Origin: Azolla caroliniana
Taxonomy: Eukaryota > Plantae > Polypodiophyta
DNA: 64,000 nt
NCBI GenBank assembly: GCA_043228905.1
Contig: JBHGNT010000014.1
Coordinates: 17,732,001 to 17,796,000 of the forward strand
Direction: 5' to 3'
Shown here: positions 1 to 13,032 of the stretch, in pieces
How the letters are laid out: the number at the start of each line of letters is the position of its first letter
Position numbering within the stretch: the first letter of the stretch is position 1
The notes under the pieces: generated by a model
The model's database searches: none
What the model saw: the letters and a program-made list of their open reading frames with translations, nothing else
What the model was told of the DNA's origin: nothing
Translations under genes and position numbers: made by a program

Positions 1-99
1 ATTGTCCTGGTGAATCTATGGCTTGATCCTAGAATCAGAACTGAGCCTATGGGCAGAGAGAAATGGCTGCCGTTCAGCTGAACAGACAGACTTTCAGAA

Positions 100-2200
100 G
101 GAGTTCACAACTTTGGATCACATATTGATCGTCTGAGCGAGGACTTATTTTTGCTTTGTGGATTTCGGAAAAGCCTTCAACACTGTACCACATGCTTAGC
201 TCATGCAGCGGCTAGACGCCCCTGGTCTCCCAATAGGTTGTCAGAGGCTGTGACTAGCACAATTGGAGTAAAACAAAGATGCCTACTATAACCCACTACA
301 TTTGGTCTCTATTTAGATGAGGTATCACATTACATAGAGAGATTAGGCAGTTCAGGAACATACCTAACAGGTATAGCCGTAAAAATATTACTATATGATG
401 ATGATATTGTCCTGATCTCCAACAGTCCAAAGCAACTACAAAGACATCTAAACACCTTAAAAGTATTTTGTGTACAGACAAGGTTTGTCGGTAAACATTG
501 ATCAAACTAAAGTGATGCCATTTAAAACAACTCAAGCATGTGTAACAAGATCAGCATCAGAATTCTCCTTGGGAGAGGAAAACGTGGCATCCACTCAATC
601 CTACACATACCTAGGAGTAACATTCAAAGGGCCTTGGTTCTTCTAATAGAAGGTTGCTTGTGCTCAACTTTCTCGTGGATATGCAGCCCTTGGTGCTCTT
701 GAACATGTAGTGCACATTTACAATTCCAAGAGCCACGAACTAAATTGTGGCTATTTGATACACTTGTCATACCAACTCTTCTCTATGGAGTAGAAACCTG
801 GAGACCGAATCTTAACAAGGCAAATAACTGGAAAGATTTAGAAGAGCTCTAGTCTCAATGATTGCCCACATGATAAGGAGTGAACCATCTGTGCCCCGTG
901 ATATAATCTGAGCAAAGATGGAACCAGCCCCAATTATTACCGAGGCATTATTCCAATCAATGACCAACATCCAACGGCTTTGGGAGCTCCCTAAACAAAG
1001 GTACTTGTGAAGTCAATTTTTGCTTGGAAGAAAAGATCGTGGTAAATACATTGGATGCTAAGATGTATAAGAATAAAGCACAATGTAAAAAGTCCAAAAA
1101 TTAAAAGAAGAATGAAATTGAAGGAATATGAAGTTAGAGGCGTTTTCCAAAAGTAGAAAAACCAAGAAAAAAGAGAAAAGAAGAAAACGCAAGAAAATGG
1201 CAGAAAAAGCAAGGTAGAGAAAAAAGCTCATAACTTCTTCATCTCTTATCCAAATTTCAAAACAAAAGATTCATAAGAAAGCTAACAAAGAGAGCTTGCT
1301 TTTCTGATAAATTTGGAAACATAAAGCAGAAATAATGATATGAAAAAGGCATCACATAAACTCGAGCATATGTAAAAAGAAAAGAAAAGAAAAAAGCAAG
1401 AATAACAGAACTAAAAACCTATAAATATGAAGGTATTCTTAGCAATTGAGAAGAGAAAGGAAGAATAGAAGATCTACAAGAGAAGGAGGGAGTAAGATGA
1501 GAATATCTATAAGAAGAAGGGAGGAAGAATAAGGAGGCTAGAAAAAGTGAGAAGAAGCTTAGTAGAAGAAAGGGTGAAGAAGAAAAGACTATTTTCGATT
1601 ATTGTCATTGAGGTTAGAGTAGAGTTATTTGGGGTTGTTATTTGTAGAGTCTAAGAAGATGATATTGGTTTCCTAATAGTGTATTGAAGTATTTTTTCTC
1701 TTCCTCTACTCTTCTCTATCTTTTTCCTCACTCTCATCATCAGTACTCAACACTGATACTTATGTCATGAAAACAACTTGTTGAACATGGCGATACTCAT
1801 TGGTGGTATGTTGAACAATGGGTTGAGTCACATGGCATGAGCATAAATGCACTACCCCCTATACCTTGGATTGCTCCCAACTAAACATGACCAAAGTGGA
1901 AAAGAATAGAGTGATCCAAACTGATATTATTGACTTGGAAACAAAATAACATCGCTCAGCCCCACATCTCTTGGTAGGAAGATCGCCCACTATAAGACAC
2001 TTTCTACACACATCGAAAGATGTATTCCTCATCAGGCCCTCTTATATGGATATGCTTCGATCCAATACATTGCGCAGTGTAATAGGGCAGCTGCAAACTT
2101 CTTCCCATCAGTTAGCAATTGAAGTAGGCAAATATGCATAAATACCTCTTGAAGAAAGAAATTGCCAATTGTGTTCTCAGGGAGTGAAATCTGAAGAACA
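100..2200 (+). mobile_element. Decayed non-LTR retrotransposon (LINE) ORF2 fragment, RT plus C-terminal region, in an intron of the STK11IP-like gene and split by a solo LTR
   Basis: Broken frames give IGVKQ.C (~261), LLY(D)DDIV (~391, YADD equivalent), LLYGVETW (781), SSHQLAIEVG (~2100) and EER.CQLC (~2150-2174). The frame WELPKQRY|STLILM continues across the 1006-1742 insertion. Boundaries are approximate. Confidence 0.75.
1006..1742. mobile_element. Solo LTR (737 bp, purine-rich) inserted in the LINE
   Basis: Starts TGTGAAG and ends CATCATCA. Perfect 5-bp TSD GTACT at 1001-1005 and 1743-1747. Removing it restores the LINE frame. Confidence 0.75.
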
Positions 2201-3133
2201 AAATTGTATCAATAATATTGTAACTTTGGTCTCGTACGTCCTTTTGGTCTTCTGCAAGCATTTATTTCTTGATTTTTGTCTTAAAAGAGTATTGTAGTAA
2301 ACAAAACTACAGGTACAAACTCACAGTATCACATTCAAACATCAGAGAGATTGACTTGATCACAAAAGTCCCACCAAGGGATGGATATGCTGAATATGTA
2401 ATATCATTAAATGACAAATCGGCATTTCTTCTAGTGAGAAATGTCACAAGACAACAAGATTTGAATTCCCATAGAAAAACTCACCTCAAGTTGTGGATAG
2501 GATGCACAATTCTATGTTGGCATAAAAAAATTTAATGCATTTGTGACCATGTGCCCACCGACAATTATATAACTCCCAATATTAAGAAAATCAAAGACAA
2601 ACTGGTATTATTGTTCTCAAGGCAATGATGAATTCAGTTAAGCAAATACCAAATTCAACAGAGATAAAAGGAACTCATGGCATTATTCATGCTCATACAG
2701 CTATACCCTTGCGGCAAGACCCATTTGTATTAATACATATACCTGGCCTCATATATCACTAATGGTATTAGTCTACCCGGTGAACGTACCAAAGGACAAC
2801 CTTACCAACTGAGTTCTATCCCTCCTATAAGGTTTTATACCAGTGGTAAGCCACGTTTTTATCAACTTATACACCTGGATTCAAATCCCACTGCACTAAT
2901 TTACTAGATGGCACAGCAGATCACACAGAATGCCAAGGTTCAAAGCTCAACCACTGCATTAATTTACTAGATGCCCCTAAAGAATGTAGGGGTTGCGAGC
3001 ATAACCTTCTGCCCTCTACCACGCAACTTTAGAGACTGAACTACGTTCACCTGGTGTCTCTTTCTTTCAAATACGTAGATATTAATTCTATTTATCATCC
3101 TGCAAATTCATTCAACATTAGAAGAGAACTTAC

Positions 3134-3574
3134 CGCTGAATCCTGACATATGAATCTCTCCAAAATGGGACGAAGTTGAAGCAAACCTCGGGCAGGTGAA
3201 GTCGAAAGATCACAGCCCCGAAGCTCTAGTGATTTTAAGCTTAAAAATGGTGACAATGTAAGAGGACACGGATCCCGACATGATGAAGACAACACAGAGA
3301 CGATTTTCACTGCAGGAAGCAAACTTAGTATTCGGCTCAGTTGCTCAAGAGCACGATGATCTCCAAGGTCAGATATATATGCTCGAAGATAGTCTACCGG
3401 TGCTCCAGTTCTAAGCCTTTCAAGTTCATAAAGCGCATCAAGTCTAGTTTGAACATAATGCAAACCAACTGGATTAACCTTTAGGACAAGACTCCCATCC
3501 AATAAGCTTCCAGCTTTATCTTCCACAAACCGAGCTAATAGGTTCAAGTAGTGGTCCCCTGTAATGATCACCAT
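3134..3574 (-). CDS. First coding exon (147 codons) of an LRR protein of the STK11-interacting protein-like / 'outer arm dynein light chain 1' plant family; later exons lie left of the window or were not seen
   Basis: MVIITGDHYL...LKVNPVGLHYVQTRL...GAPVDYLRAYISDLGDHRALEQL...LELRGCDLSTS matches the conserved N-terminus of this family (recalled Arabidopsis At1g48540/At3g17920). Phase-0 donor GCG|GTAAGT at 3133. Confidence 0.88.
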
Positions 3575-5245
3575 GTTGCCTTTGAGAGCAATAAATTATC
3601 ATACTAGAACTGTTTTCAACGAATTCTGTTCTTCACAGGAGTAATCTCCAATTGATAGATTGCAGAGTCTAAACAAAGGAAATCCAACTAGTCTCTTTCG
3701 AGCAATAAATCACGGTAGAAAATATTTCAATGGATTCTGTTTGTTTTCTTCACTGCATTGGTCTCCAATTGATAGAGTTCAGTGACAAAACAAAGGTTGT
3801 TACTGTCAAGGTATGGCCCTCAAATCATTGAGACTAAAAAGAATACCCTATTTTCTCCTTATAGTACAATTCCCAAGGCTGTGGATGTAACTAATTTCTT
3901 GTGAAAGCCATGAAATTGTGGTCATGAAATGTTTTCAATGGTTTCTATTTGTTCCCCACAAGCATTTTTAACTTACAATACATAGATTCCAGAGATTAAA
4001 CCGAGCAAAGTATCAAAATATGCAGTCTCAAATCATATAAGGTACAACAGAGTCGCTGCTTTCTGCTTATAGTACAATTTCTGAGGCTATAAATCCAATA
4101 CTTTCTCAATTGATCCATGTTTCTTATCATAGTTATGGAATGCTTTCAATGTTTGTTCTCTTCTGTATTACCTCTAATACATAGATTGCTGTTGCTAAAT
4201 CTAGCAAATGCATTAAAATATGGGCTCTCAAATCATACTGTCTTTAAAGAATTCACTGTGTTCTCCTTATTTATGATTTACGAACAGTTTCTTGTCAAAT
4301 CCATGAAATATCTGTAAAGTTATTGTCTTCGACTAGAACTGCATTGATCTAAAGTATAATCTGTTGCAATATGCATCTCCAATCATACAAGATTAAAAAT
4401 ATGTGACTTAAAGCTATGGTTTTGCATCAAAATGAGCTGATCCAGAGACCAAACCATGGATAGTTTGTCCAAATATGATTCCCAAATCACGTAGACTTCA
4501 AAGAATTTGCTAATACATGACTCTTAAATCATATAAGATTCAAGTTTAAACCTCTGATCTGTCCTTACTGCACCATTCGTGACGATGTGAAAACACCCAG
4601 CTTCTGGTGTAATCCATAGAAACAACTCCATTAAAACTACATTTCCATATAAACTGCATTGATCTGGATATTAAACCAATGACAACATGTCAAACTACGA
4701 TTCTCAAGTCATACCAATTTGTCAAAATCGACAAATAACTATTTTTCTCTTCCTTATAACATTTTCTGAGTCTAAGGAAGTAACCAGTTTCTGATCAAAA
4801 CGATTCAGATATCTCCATTGTACCAAAGAGTATATGCGAAAATATAAGTCTCAAATCCTCAAACAATTCGTTAATTTTCTCCTTGATGCTATGCAACGAA
4901 CAAGCTTCTGATGAAATCGACGAGGAACGCCATTAAACCTAGGTTTTCGATAGAAGCATTAACACGCTACAGGATCGATCCCGAAAACTCATTTTTTCTA
5001 ACTTTCTTCATCTGACCTTTCGTTCGAAGACAGATGAATTTAATGTGATCTTCCGCGAAACATAGATCTACATCGGAAATCGTAGAGCAAGAGATTTACG
5101 GGTGCTGTACAGGGAAACGAGCAAGAAGTTAAACACGAGAAGCTCTGATATGACAATTTGGAAAGGGGGAGAGATTCTGGCGAATAACAGAGAGAAGATA
5201 ATCTGACGAGATCCGGAGGCAGAGAGGAGGAGAAGAAGCTCTTAC

Positions 5246-5300
5246 CTCGACGATGGCGATGGCGATGGCGATGGCGATGGAGAGAGACAGAAAGATTATT
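5246..5300 (-). other. Putative non-coding 5'UTR exon of the STK11IP-like gene with a (CCATCG)n microsatellite
   Basis: Strong donor AG|GTAAG at 5246/5245 on the minus strand, CT-rich context, and a candidate AAG acceptor just before the ATG (3580). Not verified by transcript data. Confidence 0.45.
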
Positions 5301-8300
5301 ATTAATAATTAATAACTAATAATAATAGCAATTATTATTATTATTATTAGCTAATAATTATCAATTACTGATTATTATTGTTATTATTAAGTATTATTAC
5401 AGGAATTTCTGAATGGCAGGGTCTCCCGCTTAGCGAGCAATCAGCGAAATTGTTCGGTTTGAATCGAAGCCACCAAACCGTGGCTTTAATGGCTTGACGA
5501 TTCAACGGTTTGGTTCAGGTTCAAGTTTTCGTAACGGTTTGGTTTGGGGCGATCAACGGTTTAGTTCGGTTTTTACGGTTTAGGGGTTTAGGGTCGAAAG
5601 ACATGAAGATCCTGGTTGACCCCCGACAGACGCAACCAGACACCCCCAAAATGATCCCCCAGCTGAATTGCTTGTCTGTCCGAAACCATGGCCTGGGATT
5701 GGCTTGCATTATTGTTGTTGTTTGGGGCTCGTTGGTGTCTACCTCACTGATCCGATCCTATCCGGCTGCTGCCACAATGGCTTTGTTAGATGTAACGGTA
5801 TTATTGGGGATCACACGTCTAGAGAAGAAGCAAAACAATTCGCCCCAATCACTGTTGGTAGCCACAACATGCCATAAGAAACCACTGCTAGAACGAAAAC
5901 TGGTCCACTTCGATGATTTACCGAGCCGGCCTCCTTGCAGTTTGCACAAATTGTTGGTTGTAAAGAAAAGTTGGGATTTAGAGAAATTATTTCTCAAGCT
6001 CCTCGCTATGTTGCTGACGAACATCATTTGTTGTTGATGCGATGATCCCTGCTCGTGTAGTAGATAAAAGAAACATTGGGATTTTGAAAATGTATTTGAA
6101 GACCGTCGTCTTGTTGATGTATATAACACAAACCCATTGTCGCACAAGATAATTGGGACATGAAGATTACTGGGGGCCTCCTAATATTGATATGTCACAA
6201 ATTTGTTGGTTGCCAAAAAAAAAGTCATTGTTCAAGTATTTTGCTTTGGACAAAAATCTATAACGATACAACAAAATATCATTGATCTCAAGAGAAGTGC
6301 GCCAAAGAGTTTCTTTTCCCACATGTCACGATTGGACAATATTTTTAGTAATTCGACAAGCAAAGAAAGTGTGTCAAGTAAGATATAACCCTGCTCTCCC
6401 ACCTGTTTATCTAAAAATCAAAACTCGATGTGTTGGTGTTCATAACATGCAAATATTCAATCCGTGATTGATTGATCAACTTGACAAGAGGCAATAAGAG
6501 GTACTATAGTTTATCTTAAATAATCTCATACATGTTCCAAAAGCACCCTCACATGCATTATGCGTGCATGCACCCCCTTATGCACTATCAACATGGCATT
6601 GATTCTAGAGCCTAGCATTTACAATAAACAAGTCAAACATACGGTGAACAAATCAGTGGTATTTGATAATAATAAAACTCACACGAATTTGCTATATAAA
6701 CCTTTGTGTCTACTTCTTAATGTCTCTACTCAAGTATTTGATTGATCAAATGCATAGCAATAATTACACATCTGAGGCTAGGAGGGCACTCGAGTGCATT
6801 TCCTAAAATTTGTGTTTTGGGATGTACCCATGGAGGTAATCGAAGATACTCTCAATCAAGTACACAAATGATACATCTCGGATACAATTTTCGGAAAAGC
6901 AAATATGAGATATGTCCCTATGCCCCTATAGAACCAGAAATGAGTGTGTGCATGTGATGTGCTCATAAAGACCTCATAAAGAGTGAATGTCAAGTGTGGA
7001 GAAGATGTGACTCTTCTACAAGTCAAATTGTTCTCCACTTGTCCCCTAAAAACAACCCCCTTGTATATCGGATATAGTTATAAAAGAGGATGTTTGGGAT
7101 AGATTCGACATAAATGATCCGGGAAGTTTATATTTATGACTATCAAGTGAATAGACGATGTGCAGTTAAAATTTTCATTTATTGTGGTCACTAAAAGCAT
7201 AAGTAACATCTTTGAATTATCGGCCCGCTTAACAACTTTGATTGAAGGAGCCCCTAAAAAAACACTATGACAATTCTATCAACGGATTCCAAGTAAAGCA
7301 AAACATTACAACATTCCATTTACACTTTCATTGCTAAATGCTATATTGTAGAAATAAACATTTTAACCATGTCATGGTTACCCTGGATTGTAGCCATGCA
7401 ATAGAAACCCTTTCAATCAAAGTTGGCATCAAGCTCAATTCAAGAACTTTCTTTTAACCATATTATGGTTAGCTTGGATTGTAGTCATGCAATAGACACC
7501 CTTACACCCAAAGTTGGCATCAAGAACTTTCTTTCATCTCCCATACTTTTTTCGAGATTGTACAGTAATAAAATGCTCATTATGTCCCATAAAAGCTACA
7601 ATTCATTCTCTTAAAGGCAAGAGACAAATGAAATAAAATATTGTACGTACTTACATATACATTAAAATACAATAAAAAATTATGAGCAAAATATCCCATT
7701 AAAGTATTTAAATCCGCACCAATTGAATCTCTGACTAAGCCCGCAAGATGAGTACAACCCAATCCAAATTCTTATTTTTAACACCTATTTGTATGGCACA
7801 ATCTAGTTCACATGTTATTGTGGGTCACAATATGCCCACTTAAAATATGGAAGTACAATAGATGTACGTTATGTTTTGCCTTCAAGGTTCTCAACGAGCA
7901 CATAATAATTTGAATTAATGTTCTCTGTCTTTTAGTTTCCTGATTTCAAGTATGTTTTTTCATGTGTGCGTTGCACTGTTTGTTACTCTCAACGCAACAT
8001 ATCAATATACAAGTGTCCATGTGTTTTCAAAATCCAAGAAGAAGGACTTCTCACTTCGGTTCAAACATCGTTAACCATTAAACACGCCATGCTATATGGT
8101 AATTCTAAATTTCTATGCACGTAGAAGAGGCTAATTTCTAAGCCCTAACACACAACATGTAAGTTCTTGTTTTGTTTTGTTTTGAATAATAAGTTCCTCC
8201 TCCTCCCTATCTCATAATTCTGGTCTCCCTATCTCTCTAGAGCGTTGCTTAAAGTGATAACTAGTCCACAACAAGATTGATGCCGAAAATATCCTTAATA

Positions 8301-10272
8301 TAACCACTAAGATATCAAGCTAGATTCATGTTAGATATTCAATGCTCCATTACATATCTTTATATCTAATCCCATCATTGGGTGATGGATATTTATTTTT
8401 TAATTGCTACATTTTCCAGAAGACCCTTGTGACCGATGTAGAAATGCATCATCTCATCCTTCTTTTTATCAAGAAAAACAAGAGAACACCGCACCAAATC
8501 TACTAGTCTAGCAATGTCTCTTAAAGGGCGTTGCTGTCATTTTTCACTCTCTCTTTTATGGGAAAAATGTACTGGTGTCAATGTTGTAAAGCCACGTTTT
8601 AAGGAGCAAACTATAGGGTGCCTAGTCTCAAACTAAGAGTATGATGAGATTATATCATGAGTAGAATGATATTACACATTGGTCAAGATTGAATCCACAA
8701 CCTCAAGTTTGCAAAACACAAAATTGACTAGGGTGCCATTATGTTAACATATTTGAATTTTAGAAACCGAAAGTGGTAACCTTGTGACTTTATAAGCAAT
8801 CATCATGGGACAGACTAGAGACATTTTATATAATTACGTATAGAGACTCATTTTGCATGTTCACACTTGTCAACACCCTTTTTTAATGTTAATCACTAGA
8901 GTCTAGGTTCATGGTCACTAATGAATGCTCACATTTGCCCCCACCCTAATACCAACTTTGGTTAATGAATCAAGCAATGTCAGGGAGGCCTTTCTTTTCC
9001 ATACAATGGGTGTCTTGGAGCCTAACTAGAGTTATGATTGCCTTGAACTTCTTCTTAGTGCATCACCTCAATTTGTACTAGTTTATATTTTACATCCTTG
9101 AGACATGAAATGGTTGAGGGGAGGAATGAAGACAACAATAGTGGAGTAGATAGTTGTTTGGGAAAGCATATTGAATATCTGTTACAATAACAAATAGTTA
9201 TTTGTGGAGATGCCAATAACATAGTTTTGGGCTCTCAAAACATGTTGTGACTTTTGAAGAGGCATAGAATGCTTAAGATGAATACACTAGAGTTGTCAAA
9301 ATCTTGGCTACAAGGTTATTGATGCGTAAGATGTTGATCTATAATTTCAAACACGTTACCTAAGCCCTAATCTATGTTGGAAAGGCAAGACACATTTCGA
9401 TTGCAAAGTATTTGTTTACTCTAGAGTCTATCAACATGCACAAAAGATCATTGGCCTCGACATGCTTCCTCACATTTCAACAATATATATCGACATCCAA
9501 TTGTCCAATTTCCAAAGTGCTCCATAAATGTTCCTCGCTAATAGTTTCTTGAATTGTTGTTAATCATTTCCAAATCTTTCCCTAAGTGTTCCTCATTAAT
9601 AACTTGCCTACCAACAATTTAGGAACCAATCCTTGATTAATTTATGATGCCACGATCGAAAACATAATCGCCAATGATCAAAATGAAATAGCTAACATTC
9701 AAGAAAACATTGCCCAACTTCTCTATTATGAAAAATTCATAGATGTTTTGCACACATAATTGCTACTAATCAAAATAAAATAGCTAACATTCAAGAAAAC
9801 ATGATAGCATGACACTACATTGCCCAACTTCTATATTGCGAAAAATTCATGGATGTTTTTAAGGAATGTGTAAACAAAGACCCAAAATACATTGAAGAAC
9901 TCATAAGGGTAATAATATCAGGTATTGTGCAATCTTTCCTTGCCTATAAAGATCTGGTTACAAATTGAGCAAATTTAAACATGCATACTCCATCAAAAGG
10001 AATATAACCAATCATTTCTGGAATAAAAATACATCAAATAAAAATACACTCAAGCAAACCAATGGTATACAAAATCCAAGAATTTTCTCTCTAAACATGA
10101 AGATGAAAGGAGAAGCATAAGCTGAGTACCCTAAAAGAGAGCCAAAAAAATGGATGAAAATGGTGGGGTGTCGCTTAAGGAAGAAAAGTACGAAAATAAG
10201 TTTTAAAAAAATATATAAAAAGACAATGAAAGATAAATGGTCTTAAAATTGTCATTCAAGACTTTCCTTGAT

Positions 10273-10850
10273 TTAAGCAATGTCCTTGTCTTCCTCATGC
10301 TTCCTTAGGTGATTCAACATATACAACAATTGTTTCATCAATGGCCTTTGATCCGGAGATGGGGAAACACAACTCATGGCTATTTGTAATAACTCCACCA
10401 TATCCTCTTCGAGACCCGGAAATCTCAACAACTCCACATCGAACACTTCCGAGGTCCATTCTTCTTTCACCACCGATTGAACCCACCTCGGCAAATCGAT
10501 CCCTTCCTCACTCACCGAGGCTGTCGACGGGGCCTTCCCGGTCAAAAGCTCAAGTAAAAGCACACCGAACGAGTATATATCAGCTTTTGTGGTCACTTTC
10601 CGGATGTCGGTGACCTCGGGGGCTCGATAGCCCACTACTTTGCTTGCCGCCGGAGTGGTACTCACCAGTTGAGCTAGGCCATAGTCGGAGACGCAACTAT
10701 TGTAGTTGTTGGTTAGAAGGATGTTGGAAGACTTGATATTTCCATGGGTGAAGCCTTGAGAATGAAGATAATCGATGCCAAGTGCTGCCCCAAGGGCAAT
10801 CTTTACTCTAGTATCCCAATCGAGCGGGGTTCTATTGGCTCCTTTGTTAC
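10273..10850 (-). CDS. LRR-III receptor-like kinase exon 2 (kinase C-lobe); joined CDS 1977 nt, 658 aa
   Basis: Acceptor GCAG| at 10851 gives in-frame [23 protein letters not shown] replaces HRD (pseudokinase), followed by SDYGL, GYRAPE and EEWTSEVFD. Stop TAA at 10275-10273. Intron is 783 bp. Confidence 0.95.
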
Positions 10851-11633
10851 CTGCCCATGGCGCTCCAACACATAAGTTAAGGACTATATAAAGGGGGGTG
10901 GGGGTATTCTGGCATGAGAGAAAGTCTAGACCATATCTATCTAGCCAGTGTATGCATGGAGAAATCAAATTAGGCTTAAGTCTACCCCTAAACCCAAGGT
11001 GAGGTATCCAAAATATATAAGGACAAACATATCCATCCATTTAATATATCCATGAACCTTTACTAAAGTCTTAGTTATTGTTGTCCATATTCCATCCCAT
11101 AGCTATACCAAGGACAAACCCATCCCACTTGTATATCTATAAAAATCTCAGGCCTAGTCAAGTTATGTGTGGTGTCTTTATTGTGTCATTCATTTAGTAA
11201 CAAAAGCCATTCAAATAGTAACAAAACATTTTCAAACAATGATTGAGAAATACCACATCCAAATTTAGAACATCTACAGACACTCACAAGATAATCAATT
11301 CAGAAGCAAGCTAAAATGAAAGCCACGTCAAATTTAGCACATCTATAGCCACACATAACAAGCAAACCACTTCATGAGGAAGCTTCACAAAATTGATGTC
11401 AAATCTAGCAGCAAAGCTCGGTATATGATAAGGTAATGTCAATTCAATACATGTTCACAACAAATAAACTTTAAAAACCCATGCTAACAATCTTGCAAAT
11501 AGAACTAAACAAAATAAAAAAGGACAGAAAAAAATTTGCATCACTAACAACAGGAATAACAACCAAAGAAGGAAAGTGATAACCAAAACAAGAGTACAGA
11601 GGGAATACCACCAAAGAAAAGAAAGAAACTCAC

Positions 11634-13032
11634 CATGAAGAAGGGCAGACAGGCTCCCATTGGTCATGTACTCATTCACCAGCAATTTCTCCTCTTTGGA
11701 GTAGTAATAAGCAATCAGAGGCACTAAATTCTCATGCTTTAGCTTCCCAACATGATCCATCTGTTGCTCGAATTCCTTCCGTTCGATCGTAACATCTTTG
11801 AGTCTTTTCACAGCTACAATGGAGCCACTCTCAAGGATAGCTTTATAGGCAGTCCCAACACTTCCTTTCCCAAGCACTTCAGCAGAAGCCCTCAACAGAT
11901 CTTCAAGATCAAACACATGTCTCGTTCCCTCGAAGAAGACAAGGCGGTTCCGATCGGGATCCGAGGTCGTCGCCGAATCGACCTTCGGGACACTCTCCAA
12001 AGGATAGGGTGGCTCCTCAAGTGCCCTAGAGGCCACATGGCTAGGGTTTTGCTCTGTATTTGGCTTCTTCTCCTTTTTTGGGTGCTTGTTCTTCAGCACA
12101 AGTATGCAACAGAAGAGCAACACCAGGAATAGGAAAATGATGGCTATAACAATCCCAGCTATGGCACCTCCACTCAGCTTTTTCCGATCCGAACCAGATG
12201 AAGTGTTTGCATTACTTTGTGTTGATGCAGAAGAAGAAGAAGAAGACGGTGATGGTGATGGTGATGGTGATGGTGTCTCTACATTGCATGGTGTAAGAGG
12301 AAACCCACATAGATTATTACCAATAAAACTGTTTCCACTTGCCCTTCTGTAGACCTCTGTTTCTGGTATAGACCCAGAGAGATTGTTATATGCAACACTA
12401 AAGTTGGTTATGGAGGATGTGTTTACAGAAGCAATGGGCCCAGATAAGGAATTGTTCTGCAGGAAAAGCGTCTTAAGGCGGGTCAGATTTCCTAGAGAGG
12501 AAGGCATGGGTCCACTGAAGTTGTTATAGGAGAAATCCACATGAACCAGATTTGGCCAGGCTGTGAAATCAGAGGGCAAATTTCCAGAAAACTCATTATC
12601 AAAGAGGTACAGGCTTCTGATGAAGCTACAATTACTCAAATCTGATGGTAAAGAGCCAGAGATCTTATTAGATCTGAGACTCAATACTCTTAATTCAGTT
12701 AAGAGGCCAATGGATTGTTCAGGAATTGAGCCAAACAGACTCATCCCAGGTAGTCTTAATCCAGTGACTCTCTCCAGTTCTGTTGTTCCACTACATTCAA
12801 TGCCTTTCCATTCACATACAGTGTTATTATCTGCCCATTGAAGACGATTTGCTCTGTCTACTGATTGTTTGAACCGTGTTAGCCCAATTATATCATCTGA
12901 CAAATCTCCATGAACCCTTGTGATTTGGTTTGCAGAGAGACACAGTATTACTTGTAGCAAAAACAGAGCAAATCCAAAATGAGAATGTTTTCTGGGGCTT
13001 CTGTATCTTCTAAAATTTGTCGTTACCTCCAT
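11634..13032 (-). CDS. LRR-III inactive receptor-like kinase (RLK902/RKL1/At2g26730-like), exon 1: signal peptide, LRRNT, ~5 LRRs, Ser/Pro linker, TM and kinase N-lobe
   Basis: CEWKGIEC, LRLPG.SL.G.IP, LSLRSNKISGSLP, TM GAIAGIVIAIIFLFLVLLF and FDLEDLLRASAEVLGKGSVGTAYKA. Donor CATG|GTGAG at 11633, the conserved LHG^ intron position. Confidence 0.95.

Noticed and set aside
5417-5614. hAT-type MITE with CAGG(G/A)TCT termini
   Set aside because: The TIR match is short and there is no 8-bp TSD.
8800-9560. Possible LINE endonuclease remnant (VICGDAN-like)
   Set aside because: A single weak motif in heavily degraded sequence, not enough to call.
10851-11633. ORF-track extensions of the kinase exons (to 11040 and 11455)
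   Set aside because: They are read-through into the GT-AG intron.
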